Assembly (NCBI GenBank): GCA_001655205.1
Contig: LPNZ01008612.1
Span: 1-54,528, forward strand
DNA: 54,528 bases
Direction: 5' to 3'
Source: Lenisia limosa
Lineage: Eukaryota; Protista; Breviatea
Shown here one piece after another: positions 34,712-47,016 of this stretch (position 1 is the stretch's first letter; each line of letters starts with the position of its first letter). The notes under the pieces were generated by a model. The model was not told where the DNA came from and ran no database searches. It was given only the letters and a program-made list of their open reading frames with translations. Both the position numbers and the translations under genes were made by a program.

Positions 34712-37634
34712 TTAATCTGTATCACCACGCTCGTTCTTGAGCTTAATAGCTTCCTGGATCGGACGTGCTCGGTTGTCGTACTGCTTCTCTTTCTCTTGGA
34801 CCTATGTGGTCAAACTCTCAATAAATTTCGAATGGAAGATGTTACAGAGAAAAAAAAAATGAAGTTGTCACTCACCTCAGCAATGTATTCCTGGTCCAAT
34901 TCACTGATGAGATTCCTCAACTCGGGTTTGTTCATTTCCGCCATCTGGGAAGAATCACAAGAGAACCACAAAAGGAAAAGATTATGGAACCTCATACAAA
35001 GCCCCGGTTGCAGGATGGGTGTTTTGAGAAAACGATGTTTAGAAACAATACAAAAGTGGTGGAATGGTGGTATTCTTTTTCTCGCATGACAACAGAATTG
35101 GAGGGCGACAACCAAATGAAAAGAACAGTGAAATCTATCCGAAAAAATGAACCAACATAAAGAAGACTAAATAAAAGAGACAAAAAGAAGTTAAGAGGGG
35201 ACCTATTGCCCGCCCACGGGGCTGTCCTTCTGCTGGAGATAGGCCATGAAAGCAGGCTGACTTCCACCTCCGGTATTGGAACTACTTGAAGTGGCTGGAG
35301 GGTTATTGAAATATGTAAGATGCAATGCAAATGCATTGATTCTTATGAATTCAGTGAATTCAGGTAATTTTCGACCCCAAATAGACCAGACCGCTCTCAC
35401 CTTTGATAGTGGAAAAGTCATCAGAGGGTTTCGAGATGAGAACTGTACCGAAGTCGTGAGACCCTTCGTCCTCCTCACTCGACTCTCCCTCTTGGCTTCT
35501 ATATGGTCATTAGCTCCTCAATCTCCTTTAGTTCTAATAGATGCACATTATCAATAAAGAACGTGGAAAAAAAAAAAAAAATAATAAAAAAAAAATAAAA
35601 TAAAAATATATATATATTAANNNNNNNNNNNNNNNNNNNNNNNNNNNNNNNNNNNNNNNNNNNNNNNNNNCCCGAGTCACAGGCTCCATCATACCCTTGA
35701 CTGTTGTCTGAGTCATCATCATCTTCTTCCTCATCAGATTCCTTGAAGGGTAAGAGGATGAAGATAAAAAGACACAAATAATAATATAAAAAATAATCTG
35801 AATCGACAAACAGAAAAACCATACTCAAAATAAGAAAAATACATGACACTTTGAAGTGATATTGAAGGGGAGTTACAGGACCTTCAAGATCGTAGTCAGA
35901 TGTCTCAGACAACCCCACCCACACAGCGACCGTGCTCAGCATAGTGTGTCAAGGCTGACTCAATCATATCAGCAAAAATGGCCTCTCCAGGGGAGTTGAC
36001 AATGAAGGGGTGGGACATTAGGTCCTCAGCGCTATTGGGGTTAAACAAGTTGTCTTTCGTTTTTAAGGTACCAACAACGATAAATAAGAGAGGAATTCCT
36101 TTCCAAAACAAGCTGACCTTGGGCGGTCATCAGGGTTCTTGACAAGGCAAGTCTTGATGAAGTCCCTGAAATCCTAAAGAGTCAGCATGATTGAGGTACT
36201 TGCTAATGCTATGGGTACAGTGCTTCGAAATCCTAGTTAGGTCTTCAAAGACAGCTCACCCACCTCAGAAAAGTCATCAGGTTTGGCAAAGGTGGGAGGA
36301 GGGCTGGAGGGGATTTTGAAGATAGCACGCATGGGATGAATGTTGGCAAGAGGAGGGCGGCCCTGTGTTTGGTGACAACCTTTCAAGAATCCAGACTATT
36401 ACGCTGGTTTCTCCATCGTATGTTGAGGTAATAATAGAGACCAATACAATGGGGATTCACTCTGAACCGAGCCCGGTCGTTATAATTAACCCACCTCAGC
36501 AGCCTCAATGGCAGTGATACCTAGGGACCAGATGTCGGCCTTGACGCCGTATCCGACTTCCTGGATGACCTCGTGGGGGGTGAGGGGGGGAGGAGTGCAG
36601 GGCTATCATGACAAATATGGGGATGTTCAAAAAGAAGAAAATTGAACGAGGAAGGGCAGGTGTTTCATGGAAAGGTGTTACTCAAGTGAATAAAGGCCAA
36701 AGTCTGTTCAAAGACGTCTGTTTCAAAAGGAGCTAAAAATATTTCAAGATTTCCCCCGCATATCGGAGAGAGCCAATACGGGGACCCAACGACAGTGTGT
36801 CTCTTGGCAGCTGAACTGGCAAGTTGGCCACTCACTCCAAAGTCGGCTGCAATGTGAGGACTGTGCGCCATTGTCACATAATATAACATGCTAATTAGAC
36901 GCATTCTTATGAAGCAACACACAATACTGGACACCACATACCAAGCTTAGCGACACCCTTCTCAGTTAACAGAATGTTTCCAGCCTTGATATCACGATGA
37001 ATCTAAGCGGTTAAGCAGAAGCCATTTAAAAAAGAAGAAAGAGAAAGCTGTATCCCAATGCTTGCATGATACAGACAAACTCAGCAAACTTTGTTCTGCT
37101 CGTGGAGATAGATCAGGCCCTTGAGACTTTGCTTCATGATGCAGGCAACTTGAGGCTCAGTAAGAACCTTGTTGTTGACGCGCATGATGTCTGAAAGTGA
37201 TCCAACACCACAGAACTCCATGCAGATCTGGGAGTGGTGAGAAGGGGTGGAGAGTAGGAGGAAATAAAGGAGGAACTGAAAAAGAAACCAACCCATAAAC
37301 TGGCTTCAGTAGCAAATGCCTCCATGCACTTCACAATATGCTCACTGCCTCCAAGATCTCTCATAAACTGGATTTCCTGGGGAAAGTCAAACCAACTTCA
37401 AGAGATCTGACTAAAAATATGCCCAAATCCCACCTTAACAATGCTTTCGAGGTCATCCTCGATCGGAATTTCCTTTGCTGCCACAATGCTACCATCAGAA
37501 AGCATACGTGCCTTAAAAACAGCTCCAAATGATCTTAATAGTAAAAAAATACTTAAAACAGGGCAAATTTACCCTTCTCCAAGCTTCTCGAGCTTGTTGA
37601 AGACCTTCTCAGGGTCCTTCTTTTCGTCTAACAT
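34712..37634 (-). CDS. STK3/STK4: Hippo/MST1-2 type STE20 kinase with C-terminal SARAH domain
   Basis: [48 protein letters not shown]|[29 protein letters not shown]; SARAH-like [15 protein letters not shown]|[22 protein letters not shown]. Confidence 0.92.
36573..36763 (-). other. 191-nt AT-AC intron splitting the kinase S-P|E (APE) motif
   Basis: Exon ends TGG CTC TCT CCG, intron ATATGCGGGG...CCCCAC, next exon GAG GTC ATC CAG. No GT-AG pair preserves the motif. Confidence 0.85.
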
Positions 37635-37973
37635 GTTGATTTGTGCTTAGGCAAACAGAACTTTTTAACAACCGTGAGATGAAGATGAAAGGGAGACTGA
37701 AGGGCGAAAAACAAAAAAAAAATGAGGAAAGGTGATTTCCGGCCGCGGAGGTTTCCAAAAGCGTTTTTGGCCCTCACCCTTTCTTGAACACTGTTACCCC
37801 TAATTTATCAATTATTAATATTATAATATTATACATATATTTTATTTATCATATCAAGTAGCATTTATTCCAAGGTAAGGAAAGAAACCGCTCGTCACTT
37901 TTCGAGGTGACATTGCAGTTCACCTCCCAATTGGGGTTACATTTCAAAGTAGTCCCCGGATTGGAATTGGATC

Positions 37974-40900
37974 ATTATGAGCCTCAAATTGCATATGGTA
38001 AGCCAAAATACTTCTTCGGGTATGACTATATGTACTTCCTGCCACTCAACATCTCAATTCCCCGATTTACACCTAGGATTCGCCCGTACAGGTGGTGTCC
38101 ACTTTTGACCCGAAACCCGCTAACGTCGAGGTATGTGGGTACACAGTAGCCGTATTCTTTCTTACAATGCCGCATTAAATTTATAAAGCGGACAGCCTCT
38201 CATGAATAGAGGATTTAATAAACTCAGCTTACAAACGTAACCGATGATATAACCATGTAGCTGCCCAGTAGAACAAGGTATAACATGAAGTTCCTTTGCA
38301 CAATAAGTATTGTTGGTAGTGTCCTGATCACCATGGTTCTGCTAAACCTCATCCCTCAAAAATCTGAAAGGTTGGTGACATAGATGGGTAATGTGAATCT
38401 GATTACTTAGCCCAATAAGTGGATTGTTTGACTTGACTTCTCCTCAAGTGAAGTTGACAGGATTCGGTATTTGGGGAGTTGGATATTTGATTGTATTTTG
38501 TTTAAATTCCTCATTTGATTGGCAATCCGTTGTAACATTACCGGTAATGGAATTCCGCCTGGCTCAAAATCAAGAACTTGTCAACCTGGGACATAGCATA
38601 ACAAACAATTCTATCTTTAAATATGTCAAAGACGGTTCTGTACTGTGTTGTGTTGGTGACATCGGGGAGATTCTTCTCATTGCTCAGATCCAGAAAGTAC
38701 CCCTGCAAAAGCTATTTTGAATTCAATTGCAGAGCCACTGCCTCTTGTTTCAATTGTAATTCCGTGCTATAATCAGGTATGATGAGTTAAACTGTGTTCA
38801 AATTTAAGTGGTTTTTAATGATGTAGGGATCAACATTGCTTGATACATTGGAGTCAATTGGAGACCAAATGTACACTAATATTGAGGTTTCAAGCAGTTT
38901 TCCTGTTCATTATTTAGCTTCTGATTGTTAATGATGGCTCCAATGATCCCGAGACTATTGAGGTATGACTGGTTGCGTATTAAATTATAAACAACCTGAC
39001 AATTTCAGATTTTGACTCAAGTTGGGGGTTCAGTACTCAGGAACAACGTTTCTGTAAGAGTCTTGACGTACGTTTGGGATTATGTGAGGAAAAAATCAGC
39101 AGTATCGGTGACACAAATTTATATCTTCAGAGTGCCCAATGCTGGTCTTCCAGCTACAAGAAATTTAGGACGTGATGAAACCACAGGAGAGTATCTCATG
39201 TTTCTTGATGGTGATGACTGCCTTGTGAGGGGCTGTGTATCTTATCTTTTTCACTCAATTTCTCGCATTTTGGTATTAATGATTCAGCTAGACAAAAAAT
39301 GATATTTGTTAACAAATATATATATTATATATGTATATATGATATATATTGATTTGTTGTGACACCAAAGGTTCCAGAAGCAGTCTCAACTCTCTTGGCA
39401 TATCTCATGAGAGCGCGGGCATCGAATCCAAGTATCGGCTATACCTACCCTGGTAATAAATGAATGAGATTTGTTACATGAAGTATATCTTAATAATAAC
39501 ACAAATGCAGTTCTTTCATCAAACGTATGATATGTTCATTTACATCACAGACCAATGGTTTTTCGGCCAAGAGAACGTCGTATGGCAAACTCAGGACTTC
39601 AACGGAGCTGACTTGATCATTGCTAACCACCCATCTGTTCTCAGTATGCATCATTTCTCTTTCTATAGGTTTAAAAATGAACGCAAATAGCCATGTTTAT
39701 TGGTCTCACATTCTCCAGGTCTGCATTACCGAGGCATGCACAATGTCCTTCGAGGATACAATAGCGACTTTAAAACTGTGGGTTGTGGTTCTTCAGCTTT
39801 CAATTGTTACTCTAGCTATATGTATATAGATATCATATAATCTGATAGCATAATATTGTGTAATTGTAAGAAAGATAATTAGTTTGGGTTTGAAGTAACC
39901 GAAATATTAATTCAAGCTTCATACTATAGGGCATGGAAGACTGGGAGTTCTGGCTTCATGCGTTTTCAAGTGGTATGCTGCTCCTTATTCTTATCATATC
40001 AAATTCTGTGCTTTACCTTAAAAAGGATGGTCTGGTGTGCGGTGTCCGCTTCCATTGTTTCAGTATCGAGTCAAAAAAGTGGGTCTTATGTTCAGCAACA
40101 ACCCAGTAATTGTAATTGTAATTATGAGTTGTTATGATTTTCAAAGGTTTCAATGTCGAAGTCAATTTCACCTCGAAAAGCACAAAAGATACGACAGAAT
40201 CTTTTCAGAGTCAACAGTCACCTTTTCAAAGCTGAAGTTTGGAGGTCGTCTTGTCTTTTCAAATTTTCACATTTGTGCTCTTATGTTCCAGACAAATCAC
40301 CTATTGAATGTTGCTTGGAGGCCAACTGTATCCGTAATTATTCCCATCTACAACACAGATTTGAAATATCTGAAAGAACTCTGGACGTCTCTTGCCCAAC
40401 AAACTATCCAAGATTTTGAGGTTGGTCATATGATATCCATCCCCGATAATGGGGGAAAAGACATGGAAGAGTATCGGTCCCTTTAATAGTTGTCATTGAT
40501 ATAACAATTTGTAAACAGTGATATTAACAGTCTATGCCATTACCTTTTTCATCTTATCTACTAGGTTATCTTAATTGACGATCACTCAACCAACAGTGAT
40601 ACACTGAACTTTTTGGTAGAAGCTGTCAAGCGTTACGAGATGTTCCTAGATTCCTTGAAACAGCAAGGGTAATAGGTTAATATGTAATTCTCTTACGTGT
40701 CTTATGATTTGACAACATTAGATTTGCACTTCCCACAGAGCTACACAATACCTCTTATATTTGTAAGCATTGGGATTTGCTGATTTGGACCTGACTCTGT
40801 AGTACAAATGAAAGCATACTACAGTGCGAAGCTGATGGGGGAAGAAGCCACCCTTAAATGGGTTCATCAAGGGCATTTTGGGGTACAAGTAGTAAGGTAT

Positions 40901-43900
40901 GCAATTGTAAGTTGTGGACATGCTACATTTCATGAATCATATCAATGATACACTACATCATATGTTATATTTGTCTGGAGCCGGGTATTTTGTATGAAAA
41001 CAAGAGAATATGAGCTATAAATTTTTTATCAGAACAATAGTTCCAAACTCCAAAGTCTTTTTACTTCAAAGAACGACACCGCCTCAAGTTGGAGTGTCGA
41101 ATGCAAGGAACCTGGGGGTGATGAAGTCCAGATCCGAGTTCATTTATTTCATGGATAGTGATGACTTTATCGACGTAGGTGGTATTATTGAGTACATATT
41201 TATACTTATAGAAAACAACACTGGAAAAGCTAGTTCTCACTCTTGTCTTCCGAAGTGAGTCATTTGTGTATTCCGGCATCCGGCACTTTGGCGACATTGA
41301 AGCCACCACTTACAAAGTCGGTTTACCAGCTAGGGAATGTTGTCCTACTTTTTGAAGGGAACAAATATCTCATACTCATTCCAATACGTACTAATGAAAT
41401 AAGTTGAAACAGTAAAATTTCATTGATATTTCAAGTGAATGTGTCTTCCAAAAAATATCAGAGAAGTTTTATTGAATGTTCATTTCATTACTTTTACCTT
41501 GTTATGTCATCTAAATGGCTTATTAAATTCCATTCAATTTGAACAAAATATTTTAACAAAACCACATTTCTTTAGGAATACGATCCTAATTTGATCACTA
41601 AAGAAAACTTCCTGAGTGTAAACTCGTTAATCAAGTAAGTAAATGGTATAAGTGTGATGTGGTCCATTGCAGATAAATGGCAAAGAAAATTATCAGTATT
41701 TGAAGTTACAATTTAGAAAAGATGTGTTCCTGAAAAGTGGTGGTTTTGACGGTACCTACGACAGTAAGCGGGTGAATATGTGAGACAACAAAACTGGGGA
41801 GGGGGATAGAAATTGGCTGGTTAATATCATAAGCTTTCCCTCACATTACCAGTCACAGGGGTTAACTCCCTTTAGAGTACGAAGATTGGGACTTATGGCT
41901 TCGACTTCTTGCAACAGGCCACATAGGAGCTCAGTTCCCTGAACCTCTACTCAACTATAGAAGGTGGGATGACATTTGATTTACAACATGATCTCACAAT
42001 ATACAAGTTATGTCATTATTTGTGGCAGTAACAATTCAGGCATAGTGCAGGTAGAACGGGCACTGTCAACACTGCTAAAGACCATGTTCAAAATGTGAAT
42101 AGCCTACAGTGAGTTATCTATTATTAGTTCCCTTTACATTGAAGGTCTCGTAATCCTTCTCTGTACGGTCAAAAAAGCCCTGTATATTTACCACAATATG
42201 CTGAAATCAAAACAAAACCCGTAAGGCTATAAATCGTATTTATTTTCAGGTTACAACTTTTGATATTCTCATTAACGAAATACTAAATGAGTACAAAGCA
42301 GACCTCGGATTTTCGGTTCCATTTGATCACTTTAGGAGGTAGGCAAATGAAAAAACCAATATTTAATGGTGCCAAGAAGATAGTATTTCACATTTAATGG
42401 TTTTAGTCCGAATATTCCCTCGGTTTTCAACATCAATCATTGGTCAGACAAAGCAGGTAATTCTAGGGGTGCCAAATCACCGTACACTAAGATGAGAATA
42501 ACATTCCTTCTAATCATACAGGAATTAAAACTCTCTTGTTCTCTATCCCGTTTATGACTGCTGGTGGAGCGGAGAAGGTAGCGTTGAACATTATGAAAGG
42601 AATCAAAGACACACGGAAGTTTAGGATTATTCTTGCAATAGAGTTGGAAACTGAAGGTATGCAATTTAGCAATGGAAATGAATATTATTTTTGCACTTCT
42701 CCAGGTTATAACCTCTCGTTGAATCCTGCGTCTAGATATTTCATAAGCATCTATCTAATGTCTACATAGACAATCGATTTGGCCAGATTTGGGAAACTTA
42801 CTTCAAAGAGGTAGCAGATGAAGTGTTTGTCCTTCCCAGGTAAGCTATAGATAACTTCGAAATATTTTCTTACCCAATTAGAAATATAGTAGATATGATA
42901 TCATATATATTGGTAATATATTTGAAATTATGATAAACACTATTTGAATCATCATTGATTGTTTAATTTATTATATCGTTACCTAAAAAAGGTTATTTTG
43001 TCTGATCTTCATTTGAAATATAAAACGATTGTGTCGAAGCCATTTGACAACTTCAGGTTCTCACGTAGTTCAAATTCTCCTGGCTTTAGCCGTCACGCCT
43101 ACCAGACGTTTGTTGCCGACTTTATGCTTTATTTAGCAATATCAAGGTTGGAACAATATTTGCCTTTTGATTGATATGAGAAATCAAGGTCAGATCAGAG
43201 GTTACTGTAAAAATACTATTTTAACGACATTTTATATTCAAGGCAAATTGACGGGCTGTTTATTTGCAACACCTATTCTGGCTATGAACTTGCCAAACTA
43301 CTCTCCCAGCGGACTCCGCATGTATTCAAAGTCGACTTATTGCACCTTTACATGCCAAGTAAGTCTCTAGATATGTATTCAAAAGAATGTGTTGGTTCAC
43401 ACTATATTTCTTTGAAACAAATTGAGTTGGATAGCCTCCTTGTTACTTTGCCTTAGATCACGGGGCATGGTGCGGAGTATCACAGAAGTACCATAAGTAC
43501 CTTAACAGCCGAGTTGTTATCAGCAAGGACCTTGCAGAGTACAATAGCAAACAATACAAGGTGTGATAGAGCATGTATCACACTTTGCTCTGATTAAGAC
43601 AATGAGTCCATCTTTTGATAGCATTCCGTCAGAGTATTCTAACTAATATAACTTTTAGCTTCCATATGAGGACTTTACCGTTATCCATGTTGGCGTGTCT
43701 ACGGTAAATGAAGCCGTCACAACTGATGATACTGTTTTGGAATAGTAAGTAGTGCATCATGCTGTTGGCGGTTTACATTTTTAAAATCTTTGACAATTTT
43801 TAGCTCTAAATCGACACCATTGCGTGAGATACTTGACTTATCCCCGTCAACTCCGATTATTGCATTCCTTGGTCGATTCAGGTGTGAGAGAAAAGGATGC

Positions 43901-46305
43901 AGAACAAATGATTTGCTGATTAAATATCGAAATAATTCATCACTTTTCATAAGTTCAATTGAACGTAACAATTGCACCTTTGTTGTAACTTTTTCTTTGA
44001 ATTATCAGGTCATGCATTTATATCCACTTTCAAAGTATCAAGATAAACAAAGTTATTCATAAGTAATACATGACTACCCAAAGTCATCGTGAATATAATT
44101 GAATTTAAGTATGTAGTGATCAAAAGAAGCCTTTAGATTGGATTCGAATTGCCAATCGCATAGCAGAGGTTGATCATACGGTTGGCGGTTGTAAAAATGG
44201 GAAAATGTGAAATACTATTATAATGAACATACTTTCACTGTACATTATATTATATAATATATTGTAACTTATGATATCTGGATTTTGCAGTGACAGATCT
44301 AGGTTCATTTTGTCATGTTTGGAGATGGAGAGTTGTTGGAAGAAATTACCAGTGAAATTAACGCGTCAGGTTTGAGTTGAAACTTTGGCTTTCACTTATT
44401 ATGTAGCAACACCAAACCGATTCCATTTACTGGGAATGGTCAAATCCGAAACGCTTCGAAAATATGTAAGGAATTAACAAGCCCAGTTTAACCAATAATA
44501 TTTATTTACCCTTCAATAGCTCCCTTCAATTGATGTGGTTGTTCAAACTGCAGCTTATGAGGGAACGCCTATAGTTTTAATGGAAGCTTTGGCTGCGGGT
44601 AATCCTCTGGTAGTCGCAACTGACGTCGGAGCTTCAAGAGAGGTATGAACGAACCCTTTAGCCAACTAGATAGAATGTTACTCCTTGATTAGTACTAACT
44701 AGTATATAATTTATCTTACTAATCCAGATTATTTGTGAAAATGGCTGGCTGTTGGAGTACTCAGCAGACGGCTCTCACCTGAATCTCATGGTAATGGGTT
44801 GAGAGGATATGATGCAATACTACCGTTGAGGGTGATTTACATTGTAAAGCTCTTGGTTTGCTTATGATTTGAAATTCAATTTTGTATTTCAATAATGGAT
44901 AATGTCGAATTATTTGAAATTAGGAAAATTAAAGAATAAAGGGATTGCCAAAATTTATTGTAGATAATACCAAGCTGAGGCAGCTTTTTTACTTTACAGG
45001 TTAGCGCCACACTGACTGCCCTGAATCATGCTGTGACATCAACGGTTGTAGCTCAGACAATGAGAATCCAGGGTATGACACTCAATGCTCATTATTGTCT
45101 TATTATCAGGTGCTTCTCATATCATGAAAGAGTTCAGCTTAAATTCAATGAAGAAGCAATGGGTGAATCTCTTCTCAAACAAAATGTATGAAAACTTTTC
45201 ATACATTACACCTGATGTAAATGCGTTCTCCATGAATAGTTTCAAGGGAGGGGAAGTAATAGTGATAGCTTTATAGCCAGTACAAGCTGACAAGAGTATT
45301 GACTTTCTCCCATTCATTCATCATTTTACTAGAGAAATCTATTATCATACATCTGATAATATATTACTGTTCTCATGCATTATAGTCAGGAACAAGAGAA
45401 AGACAAAGATCTCTCGAGGTGGAGAACGTTCCTCATGTCTCGCAGGCTATTTACTGTTTCGGAACGTTTGGGGAAATGAAAGGCAATTGTAGCTCACAAA
45501 CTAGAATGGTTACTTTTGATGCAAGTTGCAATCAAGAGATTAGGCACCAGTTGACATTTCAGCTGACGTCCCCTTTGCCATGCCCGATCCTCCCAAAATA
45601 TCACCCACTCCCAATGTGTTCACCTCAGTTGGTGGTTTTATAATTATATAATTTGTGTTTTTGTAGTGTTTTGTCCGAAAGTAATACTCACTTCATTACC
45701 ACAGTTTTCATTCTTCAAGTAATTACAAATATTCAAATATAGGCAAATTTGCAACTCAAATACGGCATTACACTTGTTGGTACCTCGTTTTCAGAAACAG
45801 TTATCAAGAAAGTCCAGGTAATATGGAATGTGTCTTGTTTCTGTGTTGTAAATTGAAAGGTGCGTTTTTAACTTCAAAGAGTTTGACAGTTACTGGCCTA
45901 ATTACGTTGACCAACGACTTGCTAAGTATGTGGAAACGCAAAGATCGATAAGTTTCATATGTTTGTAACAATTTTCACTTTGATAGTATTACGATATGAT
46001 ATGATATATAACAATCATAAACACCTTTCAGGAAATGACCTTGTTCTTGAAGTGTCTATAATGGATCCTAAGAAAGAAAGGGTAGGTGATGGTTTTAATG
46101 AGGTTTTGCTGACTTTTAGATGTTGTCAAGCAAGGTGATACCTCTCCCAGAACTAGCAACAAATGTAAGTCAGATTCATACTAGATGAACAACTCTTACC
46201 AGAAGATAAGGGGAGTTTGAACTGACTACTCAGGAAATGCACCCAGTTTCAGTCCAGCTCCCGCCAGTTGAGGCAGCAGCATCGTTAGGCTTGGTTATCG
46301 CATAA
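37974..46305 (+). CDS. Multidomain glycosyltransferase GT2-GT2-GT4 with a C-terminal domain of unknown type; start uncertain
   Basis: GT2a: VSIVIPCYNQ, IVNDGSND, ATRNLG, FLDGDD, EDWEFW. GT2b: VSVIIPIYN, LIDDHS, NARNLG, FMDSDD, EDWDLW. GT4: PFMTAGGAEKV, IAFLGRF, YEGTPIVLMEALAAG, VATDVG. Confidence 0.85.
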
Positions 46306-46548
46306 TACATTTTCACACACAAACATGTATTTTTGAAACCTTGTTCAACTTTGATGTTCGCCTTGTTCAATTGTTATGTTTGTGCGCCATTTTTTTATAA
46401 TATCGGATATACATTATTCTACATTTGTTATAAAGTACGTAATGACAACCGTTGTATCTTGCTATCGGATCACTTTTGGCCACCCACTTATATGAAGCAC
46501 CCAAGATGGTGTAATGAAGTTACCCCCCCCCTCAGGACGGGTCACGTG

Positions 46549-46986
46549 ATGTTTTGCGTGGCCACAAGGCCTGCTATAGTCACAAATGACCCCGTGGGTA
46601 CAAGTTGCGTTTGTAATAGTTGAAAGAAAATGGGGTTCTACTATTCTTTGAGTTTTCGATTTGTATCACACTTCAACTAATGTCGATACTGATGTAAACT
46701 ATCAAACCATATTACATAATTGGTGGGTATAACTTGCTGAGAAGCTCTCACAGTAACGTTCTCTTGCTGATGATTGAATACAATGACATGCCCAAGTGAT
46801 ATTTCAGGGTCTGCGGAGGGTGTACGTTGGAGCAGTTAAAATGGAGAAACCTCCCGAAAGGTCGCAATTTGACGGAATTGTGTTTTCCATCCCTCGACAC
46901 TGATCGTGGGTGAGCTAATGTGTTTTGTGTTTGTGTTGATTTTCAATGTAGTTTTGATTTTAGAGCAGAAACCTCGCGAAATGTAA
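46549..46986 (+). CDS. Possible small spliced gene (about 80 aa), no recognised family
   Basis: Plus-strand intron-like segment ~46906-46963 (GTGGG/GTGAG...TTTTAG) and an open frame VCGGCTLEQLKWRNLPKGRNLTELCFPSLDTD; start speculative. Confidence 0.3.
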
Positions 46987-47016
46987 AATCAGCCATAAAT
47001 CAACTAATCTATACCC

